In this document: positions 30,035-38,550 of the stretch, piece by piece
Layout of the letters: each line of letters begins with the position of its first letter
Numbering within the stretch: the stretch's first letter is position 1
NCBI GenBank assembly: GCA_001768565.1
Contig: MEOE01000014.1
Coordinates: 146,267 to 210,266 of the forward strand
From: Bacteroidetes bacterium GWF2_33_16
GTDB lineage: Bacteria; Bacteroidota; Bacteroidia; Bacteroidales; UBA12077
Length of the DNA: 64,000 nt
Reading direction: 5' to 3'
The notes under the pieces: model-generated
The model's database searches: none
What the model saw: only the letters and a program-made list of their open reading frames with translations
Told to the model about the DNA's origin: nothing
Program-made: the position numbers and the translations under genes

Positions 30035-30123
30035 TTTGCTTATATTTTAGTTGTAATATGTAACAAGGATAAGTAGAATCAAGGTACAAGTTACAAAAAA
30101 TTGAAGAATATTAGCGTGTGAAA

Positions 30124-32586
30124 CTAGAATTTTGCTGTTAACTTAAGATTAAATCTTCTGGAAGTCAGGTAATTTGGAACTGCATATTGAGCAGCCAAAC
30201 CTGATTGGTTTTCAACAGTTTTTACCCACATATAGGAGATCGTGTTATCAATATCCAGAAGATTAAATACTTCAAAACTTAACCAAAGACTTTTTAATTT
30301 ATTTAGAGGATTTCCCGTTCTGAAAGTTTTTTCCTCGCTTTTAATAACTTTTGAAAAACCAATGTCGACCCTGCGGTAGGGTTTCATTCTGAATATTTGA
30401 TCGTATCTGTCGGGGTCGGGTGATGAAAATGGCAAACGACTACCATAATGCAAGCTCAACAACATTCTATACGAAGGATTTCGAGGTAGATAATCCTGAA
30501 AAAATAAACTAAAATTTACAAGTTGATCTGTTGGTCTTGAATAATAACCTGGATATATGGTTTCATCATTCGAATCTATATACGAATCGCCATCAATATC
30601 TTCTTTCGTTTGCATAATAGAAAGACTTGCCCATGATTCAATTCCTTTGACAAATTCACCATTTATCTTCATATCTAATCCAATCGCATATCCTTTTGCT
30701 TTATTTTCGCCCATGTATGTAATCTGAACATTGTCAATCTTATATGGAATTAAATCTGTAAAATACTTATAATAAATTTCTGTAGTAAATTTAAAAGGTC
30801 GATTCCATGCATTAAAAATATAATCGTTGCCCAATACAAAATGAATGGATTTTTGCGATTCAATATCTGGATTAATAAGACCAGATGTATTTTTCATTTC
30901 TTTTATAAATGCCGACTGATAATACATTCCTGATGAAAGCCTAAAAATCATATCTCTTTTCCACACAGGTTTATATGATAAGGATAGGCGAGGGGTAATA
31001 AAAAAATCATTATTATAGTCCCAGTAATGTGCCCTTAATCCAATATTCAGGAATAGTTCTGATTCGTTTTTTAATGTTGTATTATAGGTGTTTTGAATAA
31101 AAGCAGTAATTCTATTTGAGCTAAGTAAATTTTGTGCCTTGGCTGTTTCGTATAATTCTATTCCTGAACCAGTATGAGGTAGCGAATACCCTGCTGAATC
31201 GAGCATTTTCCATTGACTAACATTATCATCGATAATTTCGGCATTGTACTTGGCTCCCCAACGTATTTTATTATTTGATAAATAGTAACCGCCTGATAAT
31301 GAAGCAGAATAAACCTGTGCGTCAAGGAAGTTACGTGCATGGTTAAGAAATGTTCCAATACCAATATTCATAATACTATCGCCATATGTATCGGAGCCAA
31401 TTGTTCGGTCGAGTTCATTCAAATAATATTGACCCTGAATATCGTAGGTTTCTTCTTCGCTGGTATTAAATGCAGATAAAATAAGCCTCATTGATAATTG
31501 CTCACTTGGGTGATAGTTTGCAGTGAAAGCTCCAAGATAAGTTTCGAACTTATCAACTTCGTTTCCATCATAATATATTTTTAAACTCAGGGTATTACTA
31601 ATTGTACCGAATTGAGTCTCTCTATTTTGCGGAACAAAACGATAACTATTTAGTGAATAATTGCCTAAAAAATCGATATCAAAATGATTGTTTATTTTGT
31701 AAGTGAAATAGGTTTGAAAATCATAAAATTCGGGATTGTAATCACCTTTGGTTTCGAGTGTATTTAAAAGATACTGTGATGTTTTATACCGAAAACCTAA
31801 ATTGTAAGTGAATTTTCCATTGTTCGAAACATCTTCTGCATGAATCGAACCACCTAATAAACTCATAGATAAATCACCGGAGAATTTAGTCGGTTTATTA
31901 TACCGAATATCAAGTACTGACGACATTCTGTCGCCAAAGCGAGATTCAAATCCACCAGCTGAAAATTGGATGGATGAAACCATATCGGAATTGAGAAAAC
32001 TCAAGCCTTCTTGTTGTCCTGAACGAATTAAAAATGGTCGATAAATCTCAATATCGTTAACATATACGAGGTTTTCGTCAAAATTCCCGCCACGTACCGA
32101 ATACTGCGACGATAACTCTGAATGCGACGATACACCTGGCATAGTTTTAATAAGCGATTCAACTCCTCCCGATAAATCAGGCAATAACCCAATATTTTTT
32201 GCTTCAATTCGCACTAGATTAGCTTCGGGAGATGACTCTCCAATTACTGATACTTCATCTATATCAGTAACTAATACCTGAAGTATAATATCAAGTTTGC
32301 CTTTCTTTATGGTTTCAGAATCAATAATTAATTCTCTTGTAATATATCCTACGCATGATATCTGAATTGTAGTCGATTGATCAGAATTAATTGAAATTGA
32401 ATAGTTTCCATTCTTATCAGAAACAATTCCTGTATTTAAATTTGTATTTCGGATATGAGCTAACTCAATTGGTTGACCTGAGTTGTTTATAACCTTTCCG
32501 CTTAATGATACGATATTTTGCGCATAACAGTTCATTACTATTATAGTAATAAAAATACTAAGAACTAAAAAACGCAAAAATTTCAT
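30124..32586 (-). CDS. TonB-dependent receptor with N-terminal carboxypeptidase-regulatory-like domain
   Basis: Signal peptide, CarboxypepD_reg segment (LSGKVINNSGQPIELAHI...SDKNGNYSI), plug motif (YSVRGGNFDENLVYVNDIEI) and a beta-barrel ending in a terminal F. Confidence 0.85.
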   Translation of the reverse strand: MKFLRFLVLSIFITIIVMNCYAQNIVSLSGKVINNSGQPIELAHIRNTNLNTGIVSDKNGNYSISINSDQSTTIQISCVGYITRELIIDSETIKKGKLDIILQVLVTDIDEVSVIGESSPEANLVRIEAKNIGLLPDLSGGVESLIKTMPGVSSHSELSSQYSVRGGNFDENLVYVNDIEIYRPFLIRSGQQEGLSFLNSDMVSSIQFSAGGFESRFGDRMSSVLDIRYNKPTKFSGDLSMSLLGGSIHAEDVSNNGKFTYNLGFRYKTSQYLLNTLETKGDYNPEFYDFQTYFTYKINNHFDIDFLGNYSLNSYRFVPQNRETQFGTISNTLSLKIYYDGNEVDKFETYLGAFTANYHPSEQLSMRLILSAFNTSEEETYDIQGQYYLNELDRTIGSDTYGDSIMNIGIGTFLNHARNFLDAQVYSASLSGGYYLSNNKIRWGAKYNAEIIDDNVSQWKMLDSAGYSLPHTGSGIELYETAKAQNLLSSNRITAFIQNTYNTTLKNESELFLNIGLRAHYWDYNNDFFITPRLSLSYKPVWKRDMIFRLSSGMYYQSAFIKEMKNTSGLINPDIESQKSIHFVLGNDYIFNAWNRPFKFTTEIYYKYFTDLIPYKIDNVQITYMGENKAKGYAIGLDMKINGEFVKGIESWASLSIMQTKEDIDGDSYIDSNDETIYPGYYSRPTDQLVNFSLFFQDYLPRNPSYRMLLSLHYGSRLPFSSPDPDRYDQIFRMKPYRRVDIGFSKVIKSEEKTFRTGNPLNKLKSLWLSFEVFNLLDIDNTISYMWVKTVENQSGLAAQYAVPNYLTSRRFNLKLTAKF

Positions 32587-32707
32587 ATTAGCAATTTGAG
32601 TTATACCTTTACAAGTGCATTAACAGTAAAAAATGAAATTTATTTTCTATTTTTAAAAGAAAAGTAAAACTAATGCTTTCTACCAATATTTTAAAATCAT
32701 TTTAATT

Positions 32708-33118
32708 ATGGTTGATCAAAAAGAAATAATCTTACCTCAGTTTAAAAGAGGATATCATATTATAACTGATCTAATTATAAAAGAAATTGGCCCATTTCCT
32801 GAAAAAGGGATTTTACATCTTTTTATTAAACATACATCCGCATCGTTAATTATAAATGAGAATGCCGATCCCACGGTTACGTATGATTTTGAAAGATTTT
32901 TAAACCATTTAATTCCGGATGGAGATTCTTTATTTAGACACACGATGGAGGGATCGGATGATATGCCTGCACACATAAAGTCTTCGTTATTTGGGCAATC
33001 GATAACTATTCCAATAACAAATCATTCATTAAATCTTGGTATATGGCAGGGAATTTACCTTTGTGAGTTTAGAAACCATGGAGGAAATAGAAAAGTTGTT
33101 ATTACTATTTATTCATGA
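32708..33118 (+). CDS. YjbQ/UPF0047 family (secondary thiamine-phosphate synthase) protein
   Basis: HTSASLIINENADPTV ... EGSDDMPAHIKSSL ... LGIWQGIYLCEFR is the UPF0047 signature. Confidence 0.9.
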   Translation: MVDQKEIILPQFKRGYHIITDLIIKEIGPFPEKGILHLFIKHTSASLIINENADPTVTYDFERFLNHLIPDGDSLFRHTMEGSDDMPAHIKSSLFGQSITIPITNHSLNLGIWQGIYLCEFRNHGGNRKVVITIYS

Positions 33119-33126
33119 TTTTTTTT

Positions 33127-33282
33127 GCTTTGCGTCTTTGCGCTTCTGCGAGATTAAAAGAGAGTGAGATAAAAAGAGATTGGGAGAGTGAGAGTGAGAA
33201 GTGACAGTGGACACTGGTAGTCAGAAATTGAGGGAGGAAGTGGTAGCTAGAAATAAAATTATACCTATATACCTTATACCAC
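33127..33282. repeat. Composite degenerate short-period stutter island directly after the yjbQ stop
   Basis: Three blocks: GCTTTGCGTCTTTGCGCTTCTGCG (33127-33150); a purine-rich GAGAGT/GAGAAGT/GACAGT/GGTAGT series (33159-33256); and ATACCTATATACCTTATACCAC (33261-33282). Confidence 0.55.
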
Positions 33283-33644
33283 TAAGACATATAGAACATT
33301 CAGGAATAATGAGCAAGTTGAATCCAGAAACCATCGTCTAGTAAACAGTTACAAGTTGCAATTTCCAAAATATGTTTTATGAAATATCATCACTTTAGGC
33401 AAATCTAAAAATTAGTTTTACTTTTGTTCATGAAAAAACATTGCAATTAAAATTTAAACTGTGGATATAAGCAAAGCTGTCTTTTACTATGTTATTGCAA
33501 TTCAGGTAGGTTACCTCAAACGATTTGGTGGCCTGTAATTCATTCTCTTCTGTTTTTTAAACAAAAATTTTCATATATTGCTTTGATTTATCTTTTTAGG
33601 TAAATCCCATTTTTTAATCAGAATAATATAAATCAATAATAATT

Positions 33645-35258
33645 ATGCAAAAATTACTTTTATTAGGTGACGAAGCTATTGCTCAGGGAGCATTAGATGC
33701 AGGTATGTCGGGTATTTATGCGTATCCGGGAACCCCTTCGACTGAAATTACCGAGTATGTTCAGGCATCAAAGTTTGCCAAAGAAAATAATATACACAGC
33801 ATGTGGTCGGCAAACGAAAAAACAGCTATGGAGTCAGCGTTAGGTATGTCGTATGCTGGGAAACGCGCTATGGTTTGTATGAAACATGTTGGATTAAATG
33901 TTGCTGCTGATGCATTTATAAATGCATCAATTACAGGAGCTAATGGTGGACTAATAGTTGTCGCTGCTGATGATCCATCGATGCACTCATCGCAAAATGA
34001 GCAGGACTCGAGATTTTATGCTAAATTCGCGATGATACCAATCCTTGAGCCAGTAAATCAGCAGGAAGCCTACGAAATGGCTTATTATGGTTTTGAATTA
34101 TCTGAAAAATTCAAATTACCAGTAATGATTCGAATAACAACCCGATTGGCACACTCAAGAGCAGGTGTTAAGCCCTTGCCATTGCGTAAACAAAACGAGA
34201 TTACTTTACCTTCGGATTTACGTCAATTTGTATTATTGCCTGCAATTGCCCGTAGAAATTATAAAGGTCTTTTAAATTCGCAGGCCGGACTCGAACAAGA
34301 ATCTGAAAAATCGAAATTTAATACCTATTTCGATGGTAAAGATAAGTCGCTAGGAATTATTACCACAGGTATTGCATACAACTATCTTATGGAAAATTTT
34401 CAGGATAAACCACTTGATTTTCCGGTTCTTAAAATTTGCCAATATCCTATACCACGCACACAGGTGATGAAGATGGTCAAAGAGTGTAAAAAGATTTTAG
34501 TTATTGAAGAAGGTTATCCTATTGTAGAAGAAATGCTTAAAGGATACCAGGAATCAGGAACTCCTGTTGTTGGTCGATTGGATGGAACTTTACCACGCGA
34601 TGGCGAATTGAATCCAAACATTGTTGCATTGGCATTAGGATTTGATACAAAAACCGATGATCGAATTCCGGAAATTGTAAAAAATCGCCCACCATCAATG
34701 TGTACAGGTTGTGGTCATATCGATGCTTATGTAGCACTTGGTCAGGCTCTTTCAGAATATAGCGAGGGTCGTGTGTTTTCAGATATTGGATGTTATACTT
34801 TAGGTGCTTTACCTCCATATAATGCAATTAATTCATGTGTTGATATGGGAGCATCGATTACTATGGCTAAAGGTGCTGCTGATGCAGGTTTGATTCCAGC
34901 AGTAGCAGTTATAGGTGATTCTACATTTACCCATTCCGGAATGACAGGCTTAATCGATTGTGTAACAGAAAAAAGTCCGGTTACAATTATTATATCCGAC
35001 AATTTTACAACAGGTATGACTGGTGGCCAGGATTCAAAAGCACTTGGCAAGATAGAAGATATTTGTATAGGAATTGGTGTTCATCCAGATCATATTAAGG
35101 TTTTTAAACCAACTAAAAAGAATATGGATGAAATGGTTCAGGTAATAAAAGAGGAATTAGCTTACAATGGTGTTTCAGTTATTATCCCACGCCGCCAATG
35201 TATTCAAACCATGAAAAATAAGATTCTGGTTGATAAAGTTAAAGAACTTGGACTTTAA
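33645..35258 (+). CDS. iorA: Indolepyruvate:ferredoxin oxidoreductase alpha subunit
   Basis: N-terminus LLLGDEAIAQGALDAGMSGIYAYPGTPSTEI and a TPP-binding region (GDSTFTHSG). It is followed by iorB. Confidence 0.85.
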   Translation: MQKLLLLGDEAIAQGALDAGMSGIYAYPGTPSTEITEYVQASKFAKENNIHSMWSANEKTAMESALGMSYAGKRAMVCMKHVGLNVAADAFINASITGANGGLIVVAADDPSMHSSQNEQDSRFYAKFAMIPILEPVNQQEAYEMAYYGFELSEKFKLPVMIRITTRLAHSRAGVKPLPLRKQNEITLPSDLRQFVLLPAIARRNYKGLLNSQAGLEQESEKSKFNTYFDGKDKSLGIITTGIAYNYLMENFQDKPLDFPVLKICQYPIPRTQVMKMVKECKKILVIEEGYPIVEEMLKGYQESGTPVVGRLDGTLPRDGELNPNIVALALGFDTKTDDRIPEIVKNRPPSMCTGCGHIDAYVALGQALSEYSEGRVFSDIGCYTLGALPPYNAINSCVDMGASITMAKGAADAGLIPAVAVIGDSTFTHSGMTGLIDCVTEKSPVTIIISDNFTTGMTGGQDSKALGKIEDICIGIGVHPDHIKVFKPTKKNMDEMVQVIKEELAYNGVSVIIPRRQCIQTMKNKILVDKVKELGL

Positions 35259-35261
35259 AAA

Positions 35262-35299
35262 AGCCTTTAGCTATCAGCTTTTAGCTACTAGCAAAGCCT
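35262..35299. repeat. Five in-phase AGCNNNN heptads in the iorA-iorB spacer
   Basis: AGCCTTT AGCTATC AGCTTTT AGCTACT AGCAAAG, starting at 35262, 35269, 35276, 35283 and 35290. Confidence 0.65.
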
Positions 35300-35339
35300 A
35301 TATTAGAAATAGTAAGATATAATAATAAAAATAAATAAA

Positions 35340-35924
35340 ATGAAAACAGATATCGTATTAGCCGGAGTTGGTGGACAAGGAATTCTTTCGATTGCTGCTA
35401 CCATTGGTATGGCTGCTTTACATAGTAACCTTCAATTAAAACAATCAGAAGTTCACGGAATGAGTCAGCGCGGTGGTGCTGTTCAGTCCCACATGCGTGT
35501 TTCCAATAAAGAAATCGCCTCGGATCTTATTCCTATGGGTGCTGCAGATATTATTCTTTCTGTAGAACCTATGGAGTCGCTTAGGTATTTACCTTTTCTT
35601 TCAAATGATGGATGGCTTGTAACCAATTCAACTCCATTTATTAATATTGGCAATTATCCAAATATTGATGATGTAATAGCAGAGATTAAAAAGTTCAAAA
35701 ATCATATTATAATTGATGCTGATAAAATTGTAGGAGAATTTGGATCAAAACGATCGTCAAACATTGTGATGTTAGGTGCAGCATCTCCATTTTTCAATAT
35801 CCCTTTCGAGAGTTTTGAAGAAGGAATACGCAAGATATTTGGTCGCAAAGGGGACGATGTTGTGGAGACTAACTTAAAAGCTTTGCGGGCTGGCAGAGAA
35901 TTTACTGAGAAAAACAGATCGTAG
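35340..35924 (+). CDS. iorB: Indolepyruvate:ferredoxin oxidoreductase beta subunit
   Basis: DIVLAGVGGQGILSIA ... EVHGMSQRGGAV motif of the POR gamma/IorB family. Confidence 0.85.
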   Translation: MKTDIVLAGVGGQGILSIAATIGMAALHSNLQLKQSEVHGMSQRGGAVQSHMRVSNKEIASDLIPMGAADIILSVEPMESLRYLPFLSNDGWLVTNSTPFINIGNYPNIDDVIAEIKKFKNHIIIDADKIVGEFGSKRSSNIVMLGAASPFFNIPFESFEEGIRKIFGRKGDDVVETNLKALRAGREFTEKNRS

Positions 35925-35945
35925 ATAATAACACTTACTTTTAAA

Positions 35946-35973
35946 ACCATCTTGATTTCAAGGTGGTTTTTTT
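35946..35973 (+). terminator. Rho-independent terminator after iorB
   Basis: ACCATCTTGA / TCAAGGTGGT stem (one G-U pair) with a 2-nt loop, followed by TTTTTT. Confidence 0.7.
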
Positions 35974-36027
35974 GTCTTAAGTAATTTTATTGATTATCTT
36001 TCTTGCTTAAAATTTATCTCTACTCTT

Positions 36028-37146
36028 ATGGAAATTGAACTTTTTGAAGTTAAAAGCAAATCTGATCTTCGAAGATTCATCTACTTACCTGAAAAAATTC
36101 ATAAAAATCATAAAAACTGGCTGCCCTCATTAATCTCTGATGATTGGACATTATTCGATCCGAAGAAAAACAGAGCATTTGGTTATTGTGATACTATTTT
36201 GGTTTTAGCCAGGAAAAATGGTGAAGTTGTTGGGCGAATTATGGGAATAATAAACCGAAAGTACAACGAGATCCATAATGAGAACAATGCGCGATTTGTT
36301 TTTATGGAGTGTTTTGATGATAAAGAAGTGTTTCATGCACTGATTTCGTATATCGAAAAATGGGCAAAAGAAAAAGGAACATCAAAGCTTATTGGTCCAT
36401 TTGGTTTTTCCGATAAAGATCCACAGGGTTTCTTGGTTGAAGGGTTTGATAAACCTACTGTAATGGTTACAAATTGCAGTCTGCCATATATGGCTGATTA
36501 TATTGAAAGAGAAGGTTTCTCTCAGTTGCTTGATCTGGTTCAGTATCGTGTTGCTATTCCAGATGAGTTACCCGATTTCTATTTAAAAATTCTTGAGCGC
36601 CTTAATAAAAATGGGTATGTACTTCAAGAGTTTAAACATATTAAAGATGTTAAACCATATATAGTTCCGGTATTTAAACTCACGAACGAAGCCTTTTCAA
36701 AGATCTATGGGTATGTTCCATACGATGAAAAAGAAATGAACGATTTTGCAAATAGATACCTGCCAATACTCAATCCAAAATTTATTAAGCTAATTACTAA
36801 TAAAGGAAACGAAGTAATAGCCTATATAATTGCAATGCCAAGTATAAGCGAAGGACTTAGAAAATCAAAGGGAAGATTGTTCCCGTTTGGTTTTATACAA
36901 ATACTTCGATCAATGAAAAAAACAAAAGAGCTGGATCTTTTCTTAGGTGCTATTAAATACGAATATCGCAATGTTGGGCTCGATTCACTTCTTGCAACAG
37001 CTATGTTAAAGTCGGCAAAAGAAGCTAAGCTTGAAATAATCGATAGCCATGTTATATTAGAGCAAAACACGAAAATGCGTGCTGAAATAGAGCGCGTTGG
37101 AGGAGAAATATATAAGCGATATAGAATTTTTCAGAAAGACATATAA
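36028..37146 (+). CDS. Uncharacterised GNAT-superfamily-like acyltransferase (~370-aa family)
   Basis: The pattern LPEKIHKNHKNWLPSL ... GRIMGIINRKYNE ... GPFGFSDKDPQGFLVEGFD recalls a widespread ~370-aa putative N-acyltransferase family. This is recalled from memory only. Confidence 0.4.
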   Translation: MEIELFEVKSKSDLRRFIYLPEKIHKNHKNWLPSLISDDWTLFDPKKNRAFGYCDTILVLARKNGEVVGRIMGIINRKYNEIHNENNARFVFMECFDDKEVFHALISYIEKWAKEKGTSKLIGPFGFSDKDPQGFLVEGFDKPTVMVTNCSLPYMADYIEREGFSQLLDLVQYRVAIPDELPDFYLKILERLNKNGYVLQEFKHIKDVKPYIVPVFKLTNEAFSKIYGYVPYDEKEMNDFANRYLPILNPKFIKLITNKGNEVIAYIIAMPSISEGLRKSKGRLFPFGFIQILRSMKKTKELDLFLGAIKYEYRNVGLDSLLATAMLKSAKEAKLEIIDSHVILEQNTKMRAEIERVGGEIYKRYRIFQKDI

Positions 37147-37147
37147 G

Positions 37148-37178
37148 GTTATAAGTTATAGGGTATAGGGTAAAAGGG
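37148..37178. repeat. Heptad stutter immediately after the stop codon
   Basis: GTTATAA GTTATAG GGTATAG GGTAAAA GGG, starting 2 nt after the TAA at 37144-37146. Confidence 0.55.
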
Positions 37179-37214
37179 ATGAATGCAGATCGTAGTTATT
37201 ATAAAAACCAAAAT

Positions 37215-37249
37215 AAAAAACATGGTAAATTACATATAACCATGTTTTT
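37215..37249. terminator. Bidirectional intrinsic terminator between convergent genes
   Basis: AAAAACATGGT (37216-37226) pairs with ACCATGTTTTT (37239-37249), with a 12-nt loop. Confidence 0.65.
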
Positions 37250-37275
37250 ATTATTACAAAATATCCTAAAAAATA

Positions 37276-37659
37276 CTAGTGATTACACTGATGCCCTTCT
37301 TCTCCATGATCGTGACCATGATGATGTGAACATAATTGACCATTATCGATTAGTTTATCATTGAGGAACTCTTTAACAAGATTATCGGTGTCGCCAGAGC
37401 AGCCTCTTACTACTTGTATGCCAGTGCGGTTAAGCATTTGAAATGCTCCTTCGCCCATATTTCCTGCCAGCATTAACGATACACCTTGTTGGCTAAGAAC
37501 TCCTGCAATGTTTGATTTGCATCCACAGCCTTGTGGTGAAAGCATAATCTCCTTATTGGTTACATTCTTGCTGTCGTCAATTGTATAAATTGTATAAAAC
37601 TCACAATGACCGAAATGGTCATCAACAAATTTGTCTCTTGTTGGAATAGCTATTTTCAT
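37276..37659 (-). CDS. NifB/NifX-family (dinitrogenase FeMo-cofactor-binding domain) protein with His-rich C-terminal tail
   Basis: MKIAIPT...DDHFGHCEFYTIY...GVSLMLAGNMGEGAFQML...GIQVV matches the Nitro_FeMo-Co domain. The tail is CSHHHGHDHGEEGHQCNH. Confidence 0.8.
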   Translation of the reverse strand: MKIAIPTRDKFVDDHFGHCEFYTIYTIDDSKNVTNKEIMLSPQGCGCKSNIAGVLSQQGVSLMLAGNMGEGAFQMLNRTGIQVVRGCSGDTDNLVKEFLNDKLIDNGQLCSHHHGHDHGEEGHQCNH

Positions 37660-37861
37660 AATTTTATGATTGATTGTTGTTAAAAATTTTACTGCTTTTT
37701 AATCTTTTTCCCTGTTCTTAACCTCCACTTGATTTTCTTCGTTTTCCCATACCTTCGCCAAGCAAAAAATCAAATATTTCATTTTTTTGTTACAATCACT
37801 TGGATTTTGGTCTGTTTTTGATCCTTCTTCTTTGGGTCTTATATGATCTAGTTGGGCATTT

Positions 37862-38161
37862 CTAGATTTGTTTCGTTTCAATATTTCCGCCTTCAATCTT
37901 TATGGCTTTGCCATTTATTAACGCATCTGCTATTTTTTTGTGTGCTGATTCTATTATTCTGCCGAACGTTTGACGAGAAATATTCATTCGCTTTGCTGCA
38001 TCTTCCTGGTACAAACCCTCCAAGTCTGCTAATCGGATGGTTTCGTACTCATCAAGGTTTAGTGTTATCTGAGTAAGCTTTGGCATAGGAATTCCAGCTG
38101 GCTTAAAAAAAGTACAGTTTGGGTGATTATCGATATATCGTAAACATTTATTTCTTGGCAT
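37862..38161 (-). CDS. DUF134/UPF0251 family putative DNA-binding protein
   Basis: MPRNKCLRYI...FFKPAGIP...LNLDEYETIRLADLEGLYQEDAAKRMNISRQTFGRII is the DUF134 signature, with a sigma-70 region-4-like HTH. Confidence 0.85.
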   Translation of the reverse strand: MPRNKCLRYIDNHPNCTFFKPAGIPMPKLTQITLNLDEYETIRLADLEGLYQEDAAKRMNISRQTFGRIIESAHKKIADALINGKAIKIEGGNIETKQI

Positions 38162-38197
38162 ATGCTTATAATAAGTTGTGCAAATGTAAGCATATGC
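38158..38197 (-). promoter_or_regulatory. 11-bp perfect inverted repeat spanning the DUF134 start codon
   Basis: GCATATGCTTA (38158-38168, includes the start codon at 38159-38161) and TAAGCATATGC (38187-38197). Each arm contains the self-complementary octamer GCATATGC. Confidence 0.45.
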
Positions 38198-38229
38198 TCA
38201 AAATAAACAAGTAAAAATTCTTTTATTTT

Positions 38230-38544
38230 TTAAATCCACAGGCAATCAATAAAATCGGTCAGGATATGCAAAACCAGACCAATTCCAATTATTCTGATTT
38301 TTGGAATAAATAGCATAATAAAATAAATGGCAATTGAATAGTAGGAGTGAAGTATATGAAATCCGATACTGCATCGGTTTGGGTCAAAAACAGGATTTGA
38401 GAGTAAATGATCTACATCAATAATATTAGCTAAAAGCATAATTATTATTGCTTTCCAAAAATCTCTCCTGAAGAAAATGAATGCACTTAAAACAGGTAGT
38501 AGAAAATGCATTCCGTAGTGAATAATGAAGCGAAGAATTTCCAT
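38230..38544 (-). CDS. Small 3-4 TM membrane protein (DUF6122-like, His/Asp-rich)
   Basis: 104 aa with hydrophobic helices and DVDHLL, HILHS and HILTDFID motifs. The family assignment is recalled from memory only. Confidence 0.4.
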   Translation of the reverse strand: MEILRFIIHYGMHFLLPVLSAFIFFRRDFWKAIIIMLLANIIDVDHLLSNPVFDPNRCSIGFHILHSYYSIAIYFIMLFIPKIRIIGIGLVLHILTDFIDCLWI

Positions 38545-38550
38545 AGGAAA

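Noticed and set aside
37699-38076. ORFs of 65 aa (minus) and 74 aa (plus) in or near the DUF134/NifX spacer
   Set aside because: They have no motifs and unusual composition. The plus-strand ORF overlaps the DUF134 gene antisense. I treat them as non-coding, though the spacer itself is flagged.
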